From a virus, in the UHGV virus genome UHGV-1770993: 13,591 nucleotides of DNA. The stretch is one strand, 5' to 3'. The notes under the pieces were generated by a model that did no database searches, was not told the origin of the DNA, and saw only the letters and a program-made list of their open reading frames with translations. The translations under genes and the position numbers were made by a program. This document shows, in pieces, positions 1 to 6,754 of the stretch. Position 1 is the stretch's first letter. Each line of letters begins with the position of its first letter.

Positions 1-86
1 TGTGAGTCATATTCGCCCTGACTTTCCAGAACCATACGGACTGCCCGTTGACGGACTTCAGGGGAAAAACGAGTATTTTTAGTCAT
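1..86 (-). CDS. IS3-family transposase OrfA, N-terminal fragment (runs off the window)
   Basis: ATG at 86-84 on the minus strand; translation MTKNTRFSPEVRQRAVRMVLESQGEYDSQ matches my recollection of the IS629/IS1203 OrfA N-terminus. Confidence 0.75.
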   Translation of the reverse strand, partial: MTKNTRFSPEVRQRAVRMVLESQGEYDS

Positions 87-140
87 CCTGTTTACCTCTT
101 TCTCAGGAAGTTTAGTCTCCAGGATTCCCGGGGCGGTTCA
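1..140 (-). mobile_element. Left end of an IS3-family insertion sequence (IS629/IS1203-like), reading out of the window
   Basis: Terminal TGAACCGCCCCGGG inverted-repeat end at 140; bases 1-140 are the exact reverse complement of 13452-13591; encodes the OrfA N-terminus MTKNTRFSPEVRQRAVRMVLESQGEYDSQ on the minus strand. Confidence 0.8.
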
Positions 141-171
141 ACCCTTCTTCAGGGCTTAATTTTTAAGAGCG
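141..171 (-). promoter_or_regulatory. nutL: nutL-like N-utilisation site (boxA CGCTCTTA and boxB GCCCTGAAGAAGGGT), directly abutting the IS end
   Basis: Minus strand reads CGCTCTTAAAAATTAAGCCCTGAAGAAGGGT, matching lambda nutL boxA/boxB from memory; the last boxB base is T rather than C at the IS junction. Confidence 0.7.
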
Positions 172-214
172 TCACCTTCATGGTGGTCAGTGCGTCCTGC
201 TGATGGCCTAAAAT

Positions 215-300
215 ATACCTACAGGTAAAACAGCTGTCTATACCTGTAGGTAAATAAAATTGATGTAAGAGTTTACCTGCTTGAATTTTCAGGTAATTAA
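215..300 (-). promoter_or_regulatory. OL/PL-like operator-promoter region with repeated TACC-N4-GGTA repressor sites
   Basis: Palindromic TACCTACAGGTA at 216-227 and TACCTGTAGGTA at 241-252, plus a TTACCTG...CAGGTAA element at 273-297; same motif family as the sites between the repressor and cro. Confidence 0.6.
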
Positions 301-311
301 TTTTTTGGATT

Positions 312-339
312 GATATAAAAAAGCCCGCTTTGCGGGCTG
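312..339 (-). terminator. Rho-independent terminator ending the leftward repressor operon
   Basis: Minus strand reads AGCCCGCAAAGCGGGCTTTTTTATATCA: GC-rich 7-bp stem with 3-nt loop followed by a T-run, just after the stop of the 350-664 gene. Confidence 0.65.
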
Positions 340-349
340 AAAGGAGATG

Positions 350-664
350 TCAGAAGCTATTTGGATTGCTTGGCCATTGCGGCAATTTTGATTCTACTGG
401 GGTGTGTTTGGGTTTGAGTCCGTTTAAGTAGTCAAGACGCTCAATGGCGCATTTATACATAGCAATCTGCTCTGATGACATGTCGTCGTATGACATGCCT
501 TTGAACTTTTTAATTATCGATTCTGCCTCATGTATAAGATGCTTCTTCTTCATGAGTTCAGCTGTATGCTTAGAGCTTACAGGAGATAACTTTGCCCATA
601 TGAAGCAGATGATTACAACAGCGACTACTATGCCGGGTATAAACACTTGCTGCTTTATCCTCAA
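350..664 (-). CDS. Small membrane-anchored protein (104 aa) in the rexAB position downstream of the repressor; function unknown
   Basis: ORF with N-terminal hydrophobic segment VFIPGIVVAVVIICFIWAKL; TTG start overlaps the cI stop (TTGA) with AGGA about 12 nt upstream; followed by the terminator. Confidence 0.55.
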   Translation of the reverse strand: MRIKQQVFIPGIVVAVVIICFIWAKLSPVSSKHTAELMKKKHLIHEAESIIKKFKGMSYDDMSSEQIAMYKCAIERLDYLNGLKPKHTPVESKLPQWPSNPNSF

Positions 665-1347
665 ACTTTTGGCAGATCGTCCTGGTCTACGTACCTGGTG
701 TGTTTCACAATAGCTGAAACAAAATGCATTTTATCAACTTCTTCAACAGGAAGAGTGATTGGGCGGTGATCACTGTTTATGCTACTAAACTGATAATCAC
801 CGTCTCTTGTTTTGTTCATGATCTTTATCATGTTGTGACCGTCTTTGGTCCTTACAAAGACTTCATCACCTGGATGTACTGGCGTATTTGGTTCAATAAC
901 AACATATTCTCCTGACTGAATCCTTGGCCACATGCTGTCACCCTTAACCTTCAGACCGTAAGCATCTTTATCGCCGCTGTAGATGCTTAACCAACCGGAT
1001 CTGAATTCAATCATATCCACTGAGCCATCAACTCCCAAAACGGCTTCACCAATTACCGGAACAAAACCCGCACGAACGTTACCCGCAAACTCAAGATGGT
1101 CTGTAGCTCCAGCTTTACCATCTGCAAGCATGTCCATCCATCCGCGTGGGAGATTAAAAGATTTTTCAATTAGTTCCATCATATCGTCAGCAATGCGTTT
1201 TTTTCCGCTTTTTCCTTCCGGATACAGCATTCTGGAAACGTATGATGGTTCCCTTTCTATTCGACGAGCCAACTCTGAGGCCTTTCCATTACAGAATCGG
1301 TCTCTTATCTCTATCAGCCTTAGTCGTCTTTGTTCGTATTTATCCAT
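661..1347 (-). CDS. cI: cI-type prophage repressor, LexA-like (N-terminal HTH, C-terminal S24 peptidase autocleavage domain)
   Basis: 228-aa ORF divergent from cro; C-terminal GDSM serine motif and downstream lysine typical of S24/LexA-like repressors; flanked by operator arrays on both sides. Confidence 0.85.
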   Translation of the reverse strand: MDKYEQRRLRLIEIRDRFCNGKASELARRIEREPSYVSRMLYPEGKSGKKRIADDMMELIEKSFNLPRGWMDMLADGKAGATDHLEFAGNVRAGFVPVIGEAVLGVDGSVDMIEFRSGWLSIYSGDKDAYGLKVKGDSMWPRIQSGEYVVIEPNTPVHPGDEVFVRTKDGHNMIKIMNKTRDGDYQFSSINSDHRPITLPVEEVDKMHFVSAIVKHTRYVDQDDLPKV

Positions 1348-1364
1348 GATTTAATTCTATCTTT

Positions 1365-1425
1365 GATTACCTGCCGGTAAATAACCTATGGGTATTGATT
1401 TGCTTTTTACCTACAGGTAAACTCA
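1365..1425. promoter_or_regulatory. OR-like operator region with divergent PRM/PR promoters
   Basis: Three TACC-N4-GGTA sites: TTACCTGCCGGTAA 1366-1379, AACCTATGGGTA 1382-1393, TACCTACAGGTA 1408-1419, between the divergent repressor and cro starts. Confidence 0.7.
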
Positions 1426-1455
1426 TCTTATTCAACAACGGGAAGGAGATAGCAA

Positions 1456-1686
1456 ATGGAAGAACTCCGCTTGTATCTGAACTCCCTTTCACTGGAAGAG
1501 CAGAGAGAATTTGCCACCAAGTGCGGAACTTCTATCGGCTATTTGAGGAAAGCACTTAGCCGTAATCATGAATTGGGCGCAGCACTTTGTGTTCTGATTG
1601 AGAAGTTCAGCAATGGTGAAGTGACTCGCAAAGACCTTCATCCGGTTGATTGGGAAAGCATCTGGCCTGAATTAATGGCCGCTTAA
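1456..1686 (+). CDS. cro: Cro-like early regulator (76 aa, HTH)
   Basis: First gene rightward from OR; AGGAG ribosome-binding site at 1444-1448; small HTH-like protein. Confidence 0.7.
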   Translation: MEELRLYLNSLSLEEQREFATKCGTSIGYLRKALSRNHELGAALCVLIEKFSNGEVTRKDLHPVDWESIWPELMAA

Positions 1687-1694
1687 GTTATTAA

Positions 1695-1726
1695 CGCTCT
1701 TACACATCACCGCCCTGAAAAAGGGC
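1695..1726 (+). promoter_or_regulatory. nutR: nutR (boxA CGCTCTTA 1695-1702, boxB GCCCTGAAAAAGGGC 1712-1726)
   Basis: Matches lambda nutR boxA/boxB from memory; boxB is a perfect 5-bp stem hairpin; lies between cro and cII. Confidence 0.8.
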
Positions 1727-1802
1727 ATTACCAGAAACAAATCTCTATGGTTTTGCGTTTCTTTGCGAAGCCAACTCTATCTAATCATTAAGGAAATTAT
1801 CT

Positions 1803-2084
1803 ATGGGTACTATTGCAACTAAAAGCAAGAAAGCGGCTCGCATCGAGTCGGCCTTGCTGAACAAACTGGCACTGATGGGGCAGAAGACATTCGCTCGCGC
1901 GATGGGGGTTCCTGAATACCAGGTAAGCCGATGGAAGAATGGTTTCTTCTCGCAGGTAAGCATGATGCTGGCTGTTCTGGAATACGGAATCGAAGACGAT
2001 GAAATGGCTGAATTGACTAAGCGGCTTGCCGATTACCTGACAAAAGAAAAAGCCCCGAAGAACGGCGAATTCTTCGAGGCCTGA
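1803..2084 (+). CDS. cII: CII transcriptional activator homolog
   Basis: Translation ...[14 protein letters not shown]...SRWK...[17 protein letters not shown] closely resembles lambda CII ([14 protein letters not shown]...SRWK...SMLLAVLEWGVVDDDMA, from memory). Confidence 0.9.
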   Translation: MGTIATKSKKAARIESALLNKLALMGQKTFARAMGVPEYQVSRWKNGFFSQVSMMLAVLEYGIEDDEMAELTKRLADYLTKEKAPKNGEFFEA

Positions 2085-2119
2085 TTGTAGAAAGACTGGA
2101 TCAATCCACAGGAGTCATT

Positions 2120-2266
2120 ATGACAAAACAACTCAGTCCTTACCAGGACAAAATTCACAAACACATACTACGTGATCGCTTCCTGTCCAGCTTCAAGCAG
2201 CCTGGTCGATTCCGGGCTGAGTTGGAAAAAGTGAAGCTGATGCAGAAGGAGAAAGGTCATGAGTAA
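2120..2266 (+). CDS. Small basic protein (48 aa), hypothetical; not in the supplied ORF track
   Basis: ATG 2120 preceded by GGAG at 2111-2114; stop TAA 2264-2266 overlaps the O-like start (ATGAGTAA); [48 protein letters not shown]. Confidence 0.4.
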   Translation: MTKQLSPYQDKIHKHILRDRFLSSFKQPGRFRAELEKVKLMQKEKGHE

Positions 2267-3119
2267 TCTTGCAACCGTAACACATTTAAGGCCTTCACAA
2301 CGGCCTGTGGAGCGTCGTGTGGCAGAAGTTGAAGATGGTTATACCCGTCTTGCAAATGCCCTGTATGAAGAGCTTATCGGCGCAGATTTAACGAAAAATC
2401 AGAGCAAGGTTGCCCACGCCATATGCCGTAAAACATACGGCTACGGTAAAAAGATGGATCGCATCTCTGATAGTCAGTTAGCTCAAATTACCAGGCTGCC
2501 AAGACAGAAGGTAAACAAGGCCAAGAATGAGCTTATCGCGATGAAGGTTATCCTTCGCGAAGGCCAGCAAATCGGGCCTAACAAGAACATCGAGGAATGG
2601 CAAATCGAAGGGTGTCACTACTCTGGTGATAATGTCACTGCATTGGTGACAAAAAGTGTCACCAAAACGGTGACAGCGCTGTCACCAAAACAGGGACACA
2701 CAAAAGAAACTATTACAAAAGAAAAAAGAAATAATAAAAACACTATGTCCGAAAGTGTTCGGACGGAGTGTGAAAAATCACCTGACCGTCACGAAGAAAC
2801 CGACAAGGCATTCGAGGAAATATTCTGGTGTGCAGGCATGCGGAAGGCCGGGAAGAAAAACGCAGCTTCGGCATTCAGAACACAGTTCAGGGAATGGCGT
2901 AAAACTACCAGGGGTACGGCAAGCGAGTTTGCCACGATGCTGGCAGAAGACATCGCATGCAGGAATGGTAAGCAGTTCGGATTCGACAGGTTGTTACCAT
3001 CGAGCTACCTGAACGGTCAGCGCTGGAACGACGAGAAGCCAGAAACTATTCAACCACAATCCAAACCATCATCCGCAATCACCGTATCGAAAACTGGCTA
3101 CGTGTTTTTCGACAGGTGA
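2259..3119 (+). CDS. O: Replication initiator, lambda O-like (N-terminal iteron-binding domain)
   Basis: N-terminal region (...[13 protein letters not shown]...[41 protein letters not shown]...GPNKNIEEW) resembles lambda O from memory; contains internal iterons and an AT-rich tract like ori-lambda. Confidence 0.85.
   Translation: MSNLATVTHLRPSQRPVERRVAEVEDGYTRLANALYEELIGADLTKNQSKVAHAICRKTYGYGKKMDRISDSQLAQITRLPRQKVNKAKNELIAMKVILREGQQIGPNKNIEEWQIEGCHYSGDNVTALVTKSVTKTVTALSPKQGHTKETITKEKRNNKNTMSESVRTECEKSPDRHEETDKAFEEIFWCAGMRKAGKKNAASAFRTQFREWRKTTRGTASEFATMLAEDIACRNGKQFGFDRLLPSSYLNGQRWNDEKPETIQPQSKPSSAITVSKTGYVFFDR
2620..2745 (+). repeat. Putative replication origin inside the O-like gene: iterons followed by an AT-rich tract
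   Basis: Repeated GTGACA/TGTCAC palindromic units (TGTCACTGCATTGGTGACA, GTGTCACCAAAACGGTGACA, GCTGTCACCAAAAC) at about 2627-2691, then the A-rich stretch AAAAGAAACTATTACAAAAGAAAAAAGAAATAATAAAAAC. Confidence 0.65.
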
Positions 3120-3226
3120 ACCATGAAATCAAAAATCAAATCGCTACTGGTCGCTGGTTATAACCACGGCTGGTTAAGTATTTCGTTTGTCGATTTCTGG
3201 TTTAAAAATCTCAATCTGAGGGAATC

Positions 3227-5107
3227 ATGACGCCAAGTGAACTCAGTGACCTGCTTTGGGCGCAGGTTGACAGGGTGGCTCCGCACCTGTTGCCAAACGG
3301 CAAGAAAGAGGGGCATGAGTGGGTTGCCGGTAACGTCAACGGTGACAAGGGAAACAGCCTTAAGGTCAACCTTAGCGGCAAGAAAAAATGGGCTGATTTC
3401 GCTGAGGGAGACGGCGGTGACATGCTTGATTTGTGGATGGCATGTCGTGGAATTAACCTGCATCAGGCTATGCAGGAAGCGAAAGCCTTTCTCGGAATCA
3501 AGGATGACGATCACCATTTCGATGCCAAACGTGAGAAGAAATTCTCCAGACCTGACCGCAAGAAAATCGCCCGCTACGTTACCAGAACAGAATCCCATCT
3601 TGAGTACCTGCAATCGCGTGGCATATCGCCAGAAGTCGTAAAGCGCTACGAGGTTGTCAGCGGCAAGGTGTGGAATGGAGAACGAGAACTTGATGCACTG
3701 GTGCTTCCGTACAAACGCGATGGTGAGTTGTTGCAGGTCAAGCGAATCAGCACTGAGCGACCGGACGGGAAGAAAGTCATTATGGCAGAAGGTGATTGCG
3801 AACCTTGTCTGTTTGGATGGCAGGCTCTGGACGCTGGCGTGAGGGCGGTTGTACTTTGCGAAGGCGAAATTGATTGTATGAGCTATGCGCAATATGGCAT
3901 CTCGGCGTTATCCGTGCCGTTTGGTGGCGGGAAAGGCGCTAAACAGCAGTGGATTGAGTTTGAGTATCACAACCTCGACAGGTTTGAGGAAATATTCATC
4001 TCGATGGACGTTGATGATGTTGGTCGTGAAGCCGCAAGGGAAATCGCAAGCCGACTCGGTGAACATCGTTGCCGTCTTGTTACTCTGCCGTACAAAGACA
4101 TCAACGAATGCCTGATGAACGGTGTTACCGAGGATGAAATCTGGCAGTACATCGGCACGGCATCCTACTTCGATCCTGAAGAACTCTACAGCGCGCGAGA
4201 GTTTTACCAGGACACTATCAACGCTTTCTACGGCAAGCAGCAGTATCTGTTTAATCCACCGTGGGAATCTCTGGCAGATAAATTCCAGTTCCGTGAGGCA
4301 GAGTTGACGCTGGTCAATGGTGTGAACGGTCACGGAAAAACGGAGGTTGTCGGGCATATGGCACTTGAGGCAATGCGTCAGGGTGTGAAGACGTGCATCG
4401 CGTCACTTGAGCTGAAGCCAGGCATTCTCCTTAAGCGACTTACCCGTCAGGCGACGTGCTGCAAGATGCCGCCAGTGCTGGAAATTGACTCTGCATTTAA
4501 ATTTTATGACGAAAGACTTTGGGTGTTTGGCCTGACCGGAACGGCGAAAGCCGACAGGCTGATCGAAATATTCGACTACGCTCGCCGCCGATACGGGATC
4601 CAGTTATTCATCATCGACAGCCTGATGAAATGTGGCATAGGCGACGATGACTATAACGGGCAGAAGGCGTTTGTTGACTCGATTTGCGACTTCAAAAACA
4701 AAACAAACTCCCACGTCATTCTCGTTACTCACTCGCGAAAAGGAGACAGCGAAGAAAAACCAACCGGGAAAATGGACGTAAAAGGCTCTGGAGCGATAAC
4801 AGACCTGACAGACAACCTTTTCATCATCTGGCGTAACAAGGCTCGCGAGAGAGCGTTACAGAGAGTTCAGAGTGGTGAAAAGATGTCAGAGAAGGACGAA
4901 CAGCTACTGGCATCTCCGGCATCTGTTTTGATGCTTGAAAAACAACGTAACGGCGAAGGTTGGGAAGGTGGTGTCCCGTTGTTCCTTGACGAGCAATCGC
5001 ACCAGTTCCTGCAACTTGAATCAGGATCGCCATATAGCTACATCGCCAATATGCCGAAATCGGAATATGACGAGGCGTGGCGACAGGAAAACGTGACGGA
5101 GTATTAA
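3227..5107 (+). CDS. Replicative primase-helicase (Toprim domain fused to a DnaB/RecA-fold SF4 helicase domain)
   Basis: 626-aa ORF; Toprim-like CEGEID and DVDD motifs; Walker A GVNGHGKTE and Walker B LFIIDSLMK in the C-terminal half; occupies the position of lambda P. Confidence 0.8.
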   Translation: MTPSELSDLLWAQVDRVAPHLLPNGKKEGHEWVAGNVNGDKGNSLKVNLSGKKKWADFAEGDGGDMLDLWMACRGINLHQAMQEAKAFLGIKDDDHHFDAKREKKFSRPDRKKIARYVTRTESHLEYLQSRGISPEVVKRYEVVSGKVWNGERELDALVLPYKRDGELLQVKRISTERPDGKKVIMAEGDCEPCLFGWQALDAGVRAVVLCEGEIDCMSYAQYGISALSVPFGGGKGAKQQWIEFEYHNLDRFEEIFISMDVDDVGREAAREIASRLGEHRCRLVTLPYKDINECLMNGVTEDEIWQYIGTASYFDPEELYSAREFYQDTINAFYGKQQYLFNPPWESLADKFQFREAELTLVNGVNGHGKTEVVGHMALEAMRQGVKTCIASLELKPGILLKRLTRQATCCKMPPVLEIDSAFKFYDERLWVFGLTGTAKADRLIEIFDYARRRYGIQLFIIDSLMKCGIGDDDYNGQKAFVDSICDFKNKTNSHVILVTHSRKGDSEEKPTGKMDVKGSGAITDLTDNLFIIWRNKARERALQRVQSGEKMSEKDEQLLASPASVLMLEKQRNGEGWEGGVPLFLDEQSHQFLQLESGSPYSYIANMPKSEYDEAWRQENVTEY

Positions 5108-5191
5108 ATGACCATCTACATCAGTGAGCTTGTAACAGGCCTGCTGGTAATCGCAGGCCTTTTTATTTGGGGGAGAGTAAATCGTGGCTGA
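5108..5191 (+). CDS. Possible 27-aa hydrophobic micropeptide (MTIYISELVTGLLVIAGLFIWGRVNRG)
   Basis: ATG directly abuts the helicase stop (TAAATG); its stop overlaps the GTG start of the next gene; single hydrophobic stretch; too short to be sure. Confidence 0.25.
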   Translation: MTIYISELVTGLLVIAGLFIWGRVNRG

Positions 5192-5390
5192 GTTAATTTT
5201 CTCTGCATTGAGGATTCTCGGTGCTATGTGGATGGTGTCGACGTTCATTGTGGTTGTCGGAAGTTTTGTCCGGTTGGTAGGCGAAGGTAAAGACCTGGTG
5301 GGTGTGCTTTTCGGTAGCATTTTCCTGTGGGTGATTATCGGTGTTATGCCTGTTGTCGTTGCAAAAGTGGCGTGGCGTTTTGTGAGTTGA
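5184..5390 (+). CDS. Small membrane protein with two predicted transmembrane segments (68 aa)
   Basis: GTG start with GGGAGAG ribosome-binding site at 5171-5177; hydrophobic MWMVSTFIVVVGSFV and VLFGSIFLWVIIGVMPVVVA. Confidence 0.5.
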   Translation: MAELIFSALRILGAMWMVSTFIVVVGSFVRLVGEGKDLVGVLFGSIFLWVIIGVMPVVVAKVAWRFVS

Positions 5391-5407
5391 ACTGAGGGTA
5401 AGTACCG

Positions 5408-5764
5408 ATGGACGAATCAAGAAAGAAGTTTGAGGAATACGTTGCCAAAAAATTGAGATTACCATTCGAGATGATAACCGAGGCAAGAAATGGTGATAGG
5501 TACTTCGCATTTTCAAGCATGGATATTCGTCACTCCTTAAATGAGTGGTGGACTTTATGGCAGGCATCGCGAGCAGCTATTGAACTGGATATCGACTGGC
5601 CAGAATCGAATGACGACTTTTGGAAAGATGGTGAAGAAGGTGCTTATGCGATGGGTTATGAGGATGGGCGTGACAAAACGGTAATTGCAGTAATGAAAGC
5701 TATCAGAGCCGCTGGAATTAAAGAGAAGAATTTCGATGAAGCAAACAATATTCCTCCGAACTAA
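5408..5764 (+). CDS. Hypothetical acidic protein (118 aa) in the ren/nin position
   Basis: ORF with GAGGG upstream of the ATG; 29-nt overlap with the ninB start; no family recognised. Confidence 0.55.
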   Translation: MDESRKKFEEYVAKKLRLPFEMITEARNGDRYFAFSSMDIRHSLNEWWTLWQASRAAIELDIDWPESNDDFWKDGEEGAYAMGYEDGRDKTVIAVMKAIRAAGIKEKNFDEANNIPPN

Positions 5765-6146
5765 GCAACAACAGCAAGCCGCAATCAACGCCATCCTCGC
5801 AACACCACTCGATAAAGACAAGCCAGTCACCATCCGCATTACTGACTACAAGCGCAACCTTGACCAGAACGCAAAATTTCACGCGATGCTGGCGGATATC
5901 GCTCGTCAGGTTCAATGGTGCGATAAATGGCTAAAACCAGAACAATGGAAGGTTTTGTTGATCAGCGGTCATGCAGTGGCAACATAACAGGAAGCTGATG
6001 TTTTGCCCGGGCTTGAAGGCGAATACGTCAACATTCGCGAAAGTAGCGCGCAGATGAGTGTGAAGCGTATGGCAAGTCTGATTGAGTACACGACAGCATG
6101 GGCTATTGGTCAGGGTGTCAGATTTACCGACAGGAGGTACGAATGA
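5736..6146 (+). pseudogene. ninB: ninB (Orf-family recombination mediator) interrupted by an in-frame TAA at 5985-5987
   Basis: N-terminal 83 aa resemble lambda NinB (...LDQN.KF.A.L.D..RQV.W...WL); homology continues in the same frame after the TAA ([34 protein letters not shown]...) to the stop at 6144-6146. Confidence 0.7.
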
Positions 6147-6325
6147 GACGACAGCGACGAAGCATCACCGACATCATCTGCGAAAACTGCAAATACCTTC
6201 CAACGAAACGCTCCAGAAATAAACGTAAGCCAATCCCAAAAGAATCTGACGTAAAAACCTTCAATTACACAGCTCACCTGTGGGATATCCGGTGGCTTAG
6301 AGAACGTGCGAGGAAAACAAGGTGA
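6143..6325 (+). CDS. ninE: NinE-like small protein (60 aa)
   Basis: ATG 6143 with GGAGG ribosome-binding site at 6134-6138; [60 protein letters not shown] matches my recollection of lambda NinE. Confidence 0.65.
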   Translation: MRRQRRSITDIICENCKYLPTKRSRNKRKPIPKESDVKTFNYTAHLWDIRWLRERARKTR

Positions 6326-6492
6326 TTGACCCAAATCGAAGTTACGAACAAGAAAGCGTCGAGCGGGCTTTAACGTGCGCTAACTGCGGTCAGAAGCTGC
6401 ATGTGCTGGAAGTTCACATGTGTGAGCACTGCTGCGCAGAACTGATGAGCGATCCGAATAGCTCAATGTACGAGGAAGAAGACGATGAGTGA
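6322..6492 (+). CDS. ninF: NinF-like small cysteine-rich protein (56 aa); not in the supplied ORF track
   Basis: GTG start overlapping the ninE stop; [56 protein letters not shown] is nearly identical to lambda NinF as I remember it. Confidence 0.65.
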   Translation: MIDPNRSYEQESVERALTCANCGQKLHVLEVHMCEHCCAELMSDPNSSMYEEEDDE

Positions 6493-6754
6493 TTTCTCTG
6501 AGCTTATTTCCTTCAAAAAAGACAGAGAAGAAATGCGGACTGAATCTGTCTATTACGTTCAACACCGGAATAAACGCTCGGTGCTTGATCAGGAGTTGGT
6601 TATTACCGGAGACCTGGCATTCAGAACATATAAGGCCAGCATGGAAATGAAGGATTTCCCTAAATGTGGTTCTGAAAGAGAAGCCGCGTTAAAGCTGGCT
6701 GAGTGGATGCAGAGAATGGCTGCTGCAATTGAGAATTACTGGAGCGAACCATAA
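6485..6754 (+). CDS. Hypothetical protein (89 aa) in the nin region
   Basis: ORF translationally coupled to its neighbours (start overlaps the ninF stop; its stop overlaps the next start); no family recognised. Confidence 0.5.
   Translation: MSDFSELISFKKDREEMRTESVYYVQHRNKRSVLDQELVITGDLAFRTYKASMEMKDFPKCGSEREAALKLAEWMQRMAAAIENYWSEP

Noticed and set aside
2755-3012. 85-aa alternate-frame ORF inside the O-like gene
   Set aside because: Same strand but different frame within a confidently assigned gene; arginine-rich composition typical of out-of-frame translation.
3158-3892. 244-aa minus-strand ORF
   Set aside because: It lies entirely antisense to the well-supported primase-helicase gene and has no ribosome-binding site or recognisable domains; it is most likely a shadow ORF.
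6098-6142. Upstream start (6098) for the ninE ORF in the track
   Set aside because: This start lies inside the ninB reading frame; the NinE-like sequence begins at ATG 6143, which has a GGAGG ribosome-binding site.
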